Source: an uncultured Pseudomonadales bacterium (GTDB lineage Bacteria > Patescibacteriota > Microgenomatia > UBA1400 > PJMF01). From it: a DNA stretch of 64,000 nucleotides. How positions within the stretch are numbered: the first letter of the stretch is position 1; each line of letters starts with the position of its first letter. The stretch lies in NCBI GenBank assembly GCA_964620965.1, contig CAZUHV010000001.1:149839-213838 (forward strand), read 5' to 3'. A program made the position numbers and the translations under genes. Under the pieces are notes generated by a model. The model searched no databases. It saw nothing but the letters and a program-made list of their open reading frames with translations, and was not told the DNA's origin. Below are positions 60,138-64,000 of the stretch, in pieces.

Positions 60138-60191
60138 ATCTTTGAAAAAAGATCTTGATATTAGTTTGTATTAGAGAACAGTAAGGAATAT

Positions 60192-61784
60192 ATGTCATTT
60201 TTTGGAAACCTATCTACGTTGTTTGGAACACAACAAGCTTCCCAACAACAAAAACCAACAACCGTTGATCAATCAGAAAAACAAACTGGTGTAAAGCCAC
60301 CATTTAAAAAACACAAAAAACCTAAAAAACATCATAAACAAGAGGTTAAAAGTCAAGTAGTAGTACCTGAAAACATTCAACAAATTAGAAGAGATGCAGA
60401 AGCAAAAGCTCGAGAAATTATTGTTGAGGCAAAATCAGAAGCACTACAACTTCGAAGCAAAGCTGAAAAAGAGCAGCGCGAGCTCAGCAGACAACTTGAA
60501 CAACAACAAAATATGCTTCAAGCCAAACTTGATCGTATTGATGAAAGACTCGAAGTTATTAGTAGCAAAGAAGAGCAACTAGAAAATAAACGCTTCGAAA
60601 TTGTTGAACTCAAGCAAGAAGTCGAAAAAGAAAAAGAAAAAGTCATTAAACAACTTGAAAAAGTTTCTACAATGACAAGAGATGAAGCAAAGGAACTTCT
60701 TTTAAAACGTTTAGAGAAAAAACTTGCAAAAGAATCTGCTCTTTTTATTAGGCAAAAAGAAGAAGAGGCTCAAGCAGAAGCAGATGATAAAGTTAAAGAA
60801 ATTCTCATCGATGCAATGAAGCATGGTGCAACCGATTACGTACCAGAATATACAATTTCTGTCGTTACTCTTCCTTCCGAAGACACAAAAGGTAAAATCA
60901 TTGGTAAATCAGGAAGAAATATTAATGCTTTTGAGAGAAGAACCGGAGTTGATGTTGACTTGGACATGTCTCCTACAGAAGTAAGACTCTCCTGTTTTAA
61001 TCCTGTCAGAAGAGAAATTGCAAGAATTTCACTCGAAAGATTAATTAAAGATGGACGTATTCAACCTACAAGAATCGAAGAAGTTGTTGCAAAAGTCGAA
61101 AAAGAAATGGAAAAAACAACATTAGAAGCAGGTAAAAAACTCTGTCACGATGTTGGAATCTATAACTTACCTGTAGAGCTCATGAAAATGCTTGGTAAGT
61201 TTAAATTCAGGTTTTCATATGGACAAAACTTGATTGCGCATACCCTAGAAGAAACAAAAATTGGTATCAAGATTGCTCATGAACTCGGTTTAAATGTGAA
61301 CACAGTTAAACTTGGATGTTTACTTCATGACATCGGAAAAGTTTCAGAAGAAACAGAAGGTTCACATGTTGAGCTTGGTATTAAAATCGCAAAACGTTTT
61401 AACATGACTCAAGACGTTATCGATTGTATTGCACAACACCATGAGGATGAACCATTTACAGGTCCTGAACAAATGGCGGTATATATCGCAGACGCAATTT
61501 CTGGTGCTAGACCAGGCGCTCGTTATGAAAACTACGACGAATACGTACAAAGACTGCAACAACTTGAAGAAATTGCAACACAATATAAAGAAGTAAAACA
61601 AGCCTATGCAATTCAAGCAGGTCGTGAAGTTCGTGTTCTTCTAGAACCAGAAAAATCAAAAGACGATGATGTTACCTCACTGAGCCTTAAAATCAGAGAT
61701 GAAATTAAAGAAAAAGTTACCTATCCAGGTACTGTTACAGTTACTGTAATTAGAGAAACACGTGGATCAGAAGTAGCTAAATAG
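60192..61784 (+). CDS. rny: ribonuclease Y
   Basis: Coiled coil, KH domain (KGKIIGKSGRNI), HD domain (LLHDIGK), DAISGARPGAR, AIQAGREVRV. Confidence 0.97.
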   Translation: MSFFGNLSTLFGTQQASQQQKPTTVDQSEKQTGVKPPFKKHKKPKKHHKQEVKSQVVVPENIQQIRRDAEAKAREIIVEAKSEALQLRSKAEKEQRELSRQLEQQQNMLQAKLDRIDERLEVISSKEEQLENKRFEIVELKQEVEKEKEKVIKQLEKVSTMTRDEAKELLLKRLEKKLAKESALFIRQKEEEAQAEADDKVKEILIDAMKHGATDYVPEYTISVVTLPSEDTKGKIIGKSGRNINAFERRTGVDVDLDMSPTEVRLSCFNPVRREIARISLERLIKDGRIQPTRIEEVVAKVEKEMEKTTLEAGKKLCHDVGIYNLPVELMKMLGKFKFRFSYGQNLIAHTLEETKIGIKIAHELGLNVNTVKLGCLLHDIGKVSEETEGSHVELGIKIAKRFNMTQDVIDCIAQHHEDEPFTGPEQMAVYIADAISGARPGARYENYDEYVQRLQQLEEIATQYKEVKQAYAIQAGREVRVLLEPEKSKDDDVTSLSLKIRDEIKEKVTYPGTVTVTVIRETRGSEVAK

Positions 61785-61808
61785 TGTACAATTTTAAGAG
61801 AGATATAT

Positions 61809-62027
61809 ATGAATAATATTTGGTTAGTTGTTCAAGCTATTTTATCAGTACTTATTATTACTGCGGTTCTTTTGCAATCTCAAAATGGCGGCATTGGTCC
61901 AACTTTTGGTGGAGGTGGTGGAAGCTACCATACAAGACGTGGATTAGAAAAAGTACTGTTTAATGCAACAATTGTCCTTATTTTGTTGTTTGCTGTTGCC
62001 TCAATCGCATCACTGATAACAAAATAA
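61809..62027 (+). CDS. secG: preprotein translocase subunit SecG
   Basis: VLLQ...G.G..FGG...YHTRRGLEK, two TMs. Confidence 0.92.
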   Translation: MNNIWLVVQAILSVLIITAVLLQSQNGGIGPTFGGGGGSYHTRRGLEKVLFNATIVLILLFAVASIASLITK

Positions 62028-62047
62028 TTCTAAACACGAAAGCTTAG

Positions 62048-63451
62048 ATGAGAAAACTGTATTGGTATTTAACTACATATGCCAAAAAACATGGACTTAT
62101 TTTCGTAGGCTCTATCCTCTTTGCAATAGCCATTTTTTCATTTATCGTTCCCTCAATAATATCTGTACTAGAAAATAAAACTACTCATTATGTTGGATTG
62201 ATTGGAGACTACAATATAGATACTCTTCCACTAGAAGTTACAGAAAAATTAAGCGCAGGACTCACAAAGATAACCCCTGATGGCAACGTTGAACCATTAC
62301 TCGCCGCTCGATGGAGCAATGAACAAGATGGAAAAACATACAGATTCATTCTAAAAGATGACATTTTTTTCAGAGATGGAAGAAAATTAACAACTCAAGA
62401 TATCAACTATAATTTTTCTAATGTAGAAACAATCATTACACCAAATGACATCGTGTTTAAACTGCAGGATTCTTTTGCTCCATTTCCTGTTGCAGTCTCC
62501 CAACCGATCTTACGAAAAGAAGATGAGACCTATAAAGTACTGTTAACACGACCTACTCTTATTGGTATTGGACCATACTCTCTAAAAAACTATAAACAAA
62601 TAGGGAACAGAATTTCTGAAGTGCACTTAGAAAGTAAAGATGAAAAGTATATTTACAGATTTTACTTAACCGAAGCTGATGCAGTTACCGCATTCAAACA
62701 TGGTGAAATTGATGAAGTACCTTTTCTTTCTCAAAGTTATGATCTAGAAAATTGGAAAACAGCTAAAATTCAAAAAGAAACAGACTATAACACCTATCTT
62801 GCTGTATTTTTTAATCTTAGAGAACCAATATATACTAAGAACCTTCGACAAGCACTTTCATATGCCCTAGATAAACCTGCTGATACAGATACAAGAGCGC
62901 TCGGCCCAATTAGTCCAAAATCATGGGCGTATTTGCCAGCACTCAAGTCATACAATAAAGATATCGAAAGAGGTGTTGAAAGAATGCTCGATGAACCTCC
63001 CCAAGAAAAACTAGAACTCAACCTTACTACAACCTCAACATACCAGCTAGAAGCTGAAAGTTTCATTAGACAATGGGAAGAATTTGGACAAAAAGCTTTT
63101 GAATCATGTCAAAATTCCGGAGACGTCTCGGATAAATCACTATGTGAAAACATGAAGATCACTGTTAATCTTAAAATAACCAACTTCCCAGACACAAGTA
63201 ACTTTGAGATGCTCTTAATAGGTCAAGAATCTGCCCCAGATCCTGATCAATATCAGCTTTGGCATTCTGGAGAAAGCACAAACTTCACGGGATATAAAAA
63301 TACACGTATTGATAACTTACTCGAAAAAGGCAGACAAACAACCGATTTTCAAGAAAGAAAAGAAATCTACCAAGAATTTCAACAATTTTTCTTAGAAGAT
63401 GCTCCAGCAATCTTTATCAGACATCTAGATTCATTCACAATCTCAAGGTAG
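62048..63451 (+). CDS. ABC transporter solute-binding protein family 5 (membrane-anchored)
   Basis: PLLA..W...DGKTY.F.L....F.DG, GIGPY, LRQALSYA, NFTGY.N..ID.LLE.GR. Confidence 0.88.
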   Translation: MRKLYWYLTTYAKKHGLIFVGSILFAIAIFSFIVPSIISVLENKTTHYVGLIGDYNIDTLPLEVTEKLSAGLTKITPDGNVEPLLAARWSNEQDGKTYRFILKDDIFFRDGRKLTTQDINYNFSNVETIITPNDIVFKLQDSFAPFPVAVSQPILRKEDETYKVLLTRPTLIGIGPYSLKNYKQIGNRISEVHLESKDEKYIYRFYLTEADAVTAFKHGEIDEVPFLSQSYDLENWKTAKIQKETDYNTYLAVFFNLREPIYTKNLRQALSYALDKPADTDTRALGPISPKSWAYLPALKSYNKDIERGVERMLDEPPQEKLELNLTTTSTYQLEAESFIRQWEEFGQKAFESCQNSGDVSDKSLCENMKITVNLKITNFPDTSNFEMLLIGQESAPDPDQYQLWHSGESTNFTGYKNTRIDNLLEKGRQTTDFQERKEIYQEFQQFFLEDAPAIFIRHLDSFTISR

Positions 63452-63465
63452 AAACTCAGAAATCT

Positions 63466-63657
63466 TTACTCTTCTTCTGGGATAAGTAACCAAAGCAAAA
63501 AGTAAGGTAAAATTCCTGGTAGACCACCTGGTAATAGTAAAAGAACCCAAACTACTCTCACTAAAATAACATCTATATCAAAATAATTTGCCAAAGCTTG
63601 TGCAACTCCACCAATTTTTTTGCCTTTTTTTGGTAATAATAATTTTTTATTTTTCAT
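63466..63657 (-). CDS. pspC: PspC-domain protein
   Basis: KIGGVAQALANYFDIDVILVRV...YFLLWLLIP. Confidence 0.88.
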   Translation of the reverse strand: MKNKKLLLPKKGKKIGGVAQALANYFDIDVILVRVVWVLLLLPGGLPGILPYFLLWLLIPEEE

Positions 63658-63675
63658 ACAATATATTATATAACA

Positions 63676-64000
63676 TTAAAGTCTACGCATTTTTTTACGT
63701 AAAAACTCAAAACTTGCTGTTAATGTATATTTTGCGGAAAGTGGAATATCGTGTGCATGTAAATACTCTACTTCTGTTCCCCCAAAGCCTTTTTTAAACA
63801 ACGTTACACCTGCAAATCTGTGATTCTTTGCTTCTTCTGGTGCAATTCCCCAAAAGTTGTATCGAGAACAACCCCTTGCTTTTGCTTCTTTAATTGCAGC
63901 CCACTGACAAGCATAGCTACCAGGTAATTTAGCATTTTCCTCAGTTGAAATTCCGTAATGATACACTGCCTCGCCATTATAAAAAATAATAAATGCGGAT
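63676..64000 (-). CDS. FemAB/FemX-family peptidoglycan aminoacyltransferase (3' part; runs off the window)
   Basis: YHYG.S, QWAAIKEAK..G...YNFWG, GVTLFKKGFGG. Confidence 0.85.
   Translation of the reverse strand, partial: SAFIIFYNGEAVYHYGISTEENAKLPGSYACQWAAIKEAKARGCSRYNFWGIAPEEAKNHRFAGVTLFKKGFGGTEVEYLHAHDIPLSAKYTLTASFEFLRKKMRRL

Noticed and set aside
1-64000. Alternative genetic code (UGA=Gly) as in some CPR lineages
   Set aside because: Long genes are intact under code 11, and TGA is used as a true stop (e.g. 1091, 2670, 8691, 26766).

Overview
AT-rich bacterial chromosome segment (about one-third GC by eye, standard code 11). Gene content is typical of Patescibacteria/CPR, probably Microgenomates-like; this is inferred from gene repertoire and synteny. 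Positions 1-4888 look like the distal end of an integrated island carrying small membrane-protein ORFans, an XRE regulator, a PLD nuclease, a Fic protein and a promoter-bearing tRNA-like RNA. It is closed by two 63-bp direct repeats that flank the Fic gene. These repeats end in a tRNA-Glu-type 3' end (GGGTCAC[CA]) and encode, on the minus strand, a start-less conserved peptide. I interpret them as att sites carrying the split C-terminus of a tRNA-targeting large serine recombinase, which would make the Fic gene a minimal one-gene cassette. The rest is core and accessory CPR genome: large Ig/FN3 surface proteins, a Nudix pair, an RRM protein, lipid-modifying enzymes around a GC-rich lipoprotein with a long structured leader, Hsp20 with a CIRCE-like site, a copper operon led by an ArsR-YHS fusion, metG-tatD, a large polyprenol-phosphate glycosylation cluster, a UvrD-nuclease, ABC-F, a wHTH regulator with a degenerate nucleotidyltransferase-like gene, recA, a 6S-like long hairpin RNA, rny and secG. 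Leaderless promoter architecture is pervasive. No CRISPR, rRNA or intact canonical tRNA was found.
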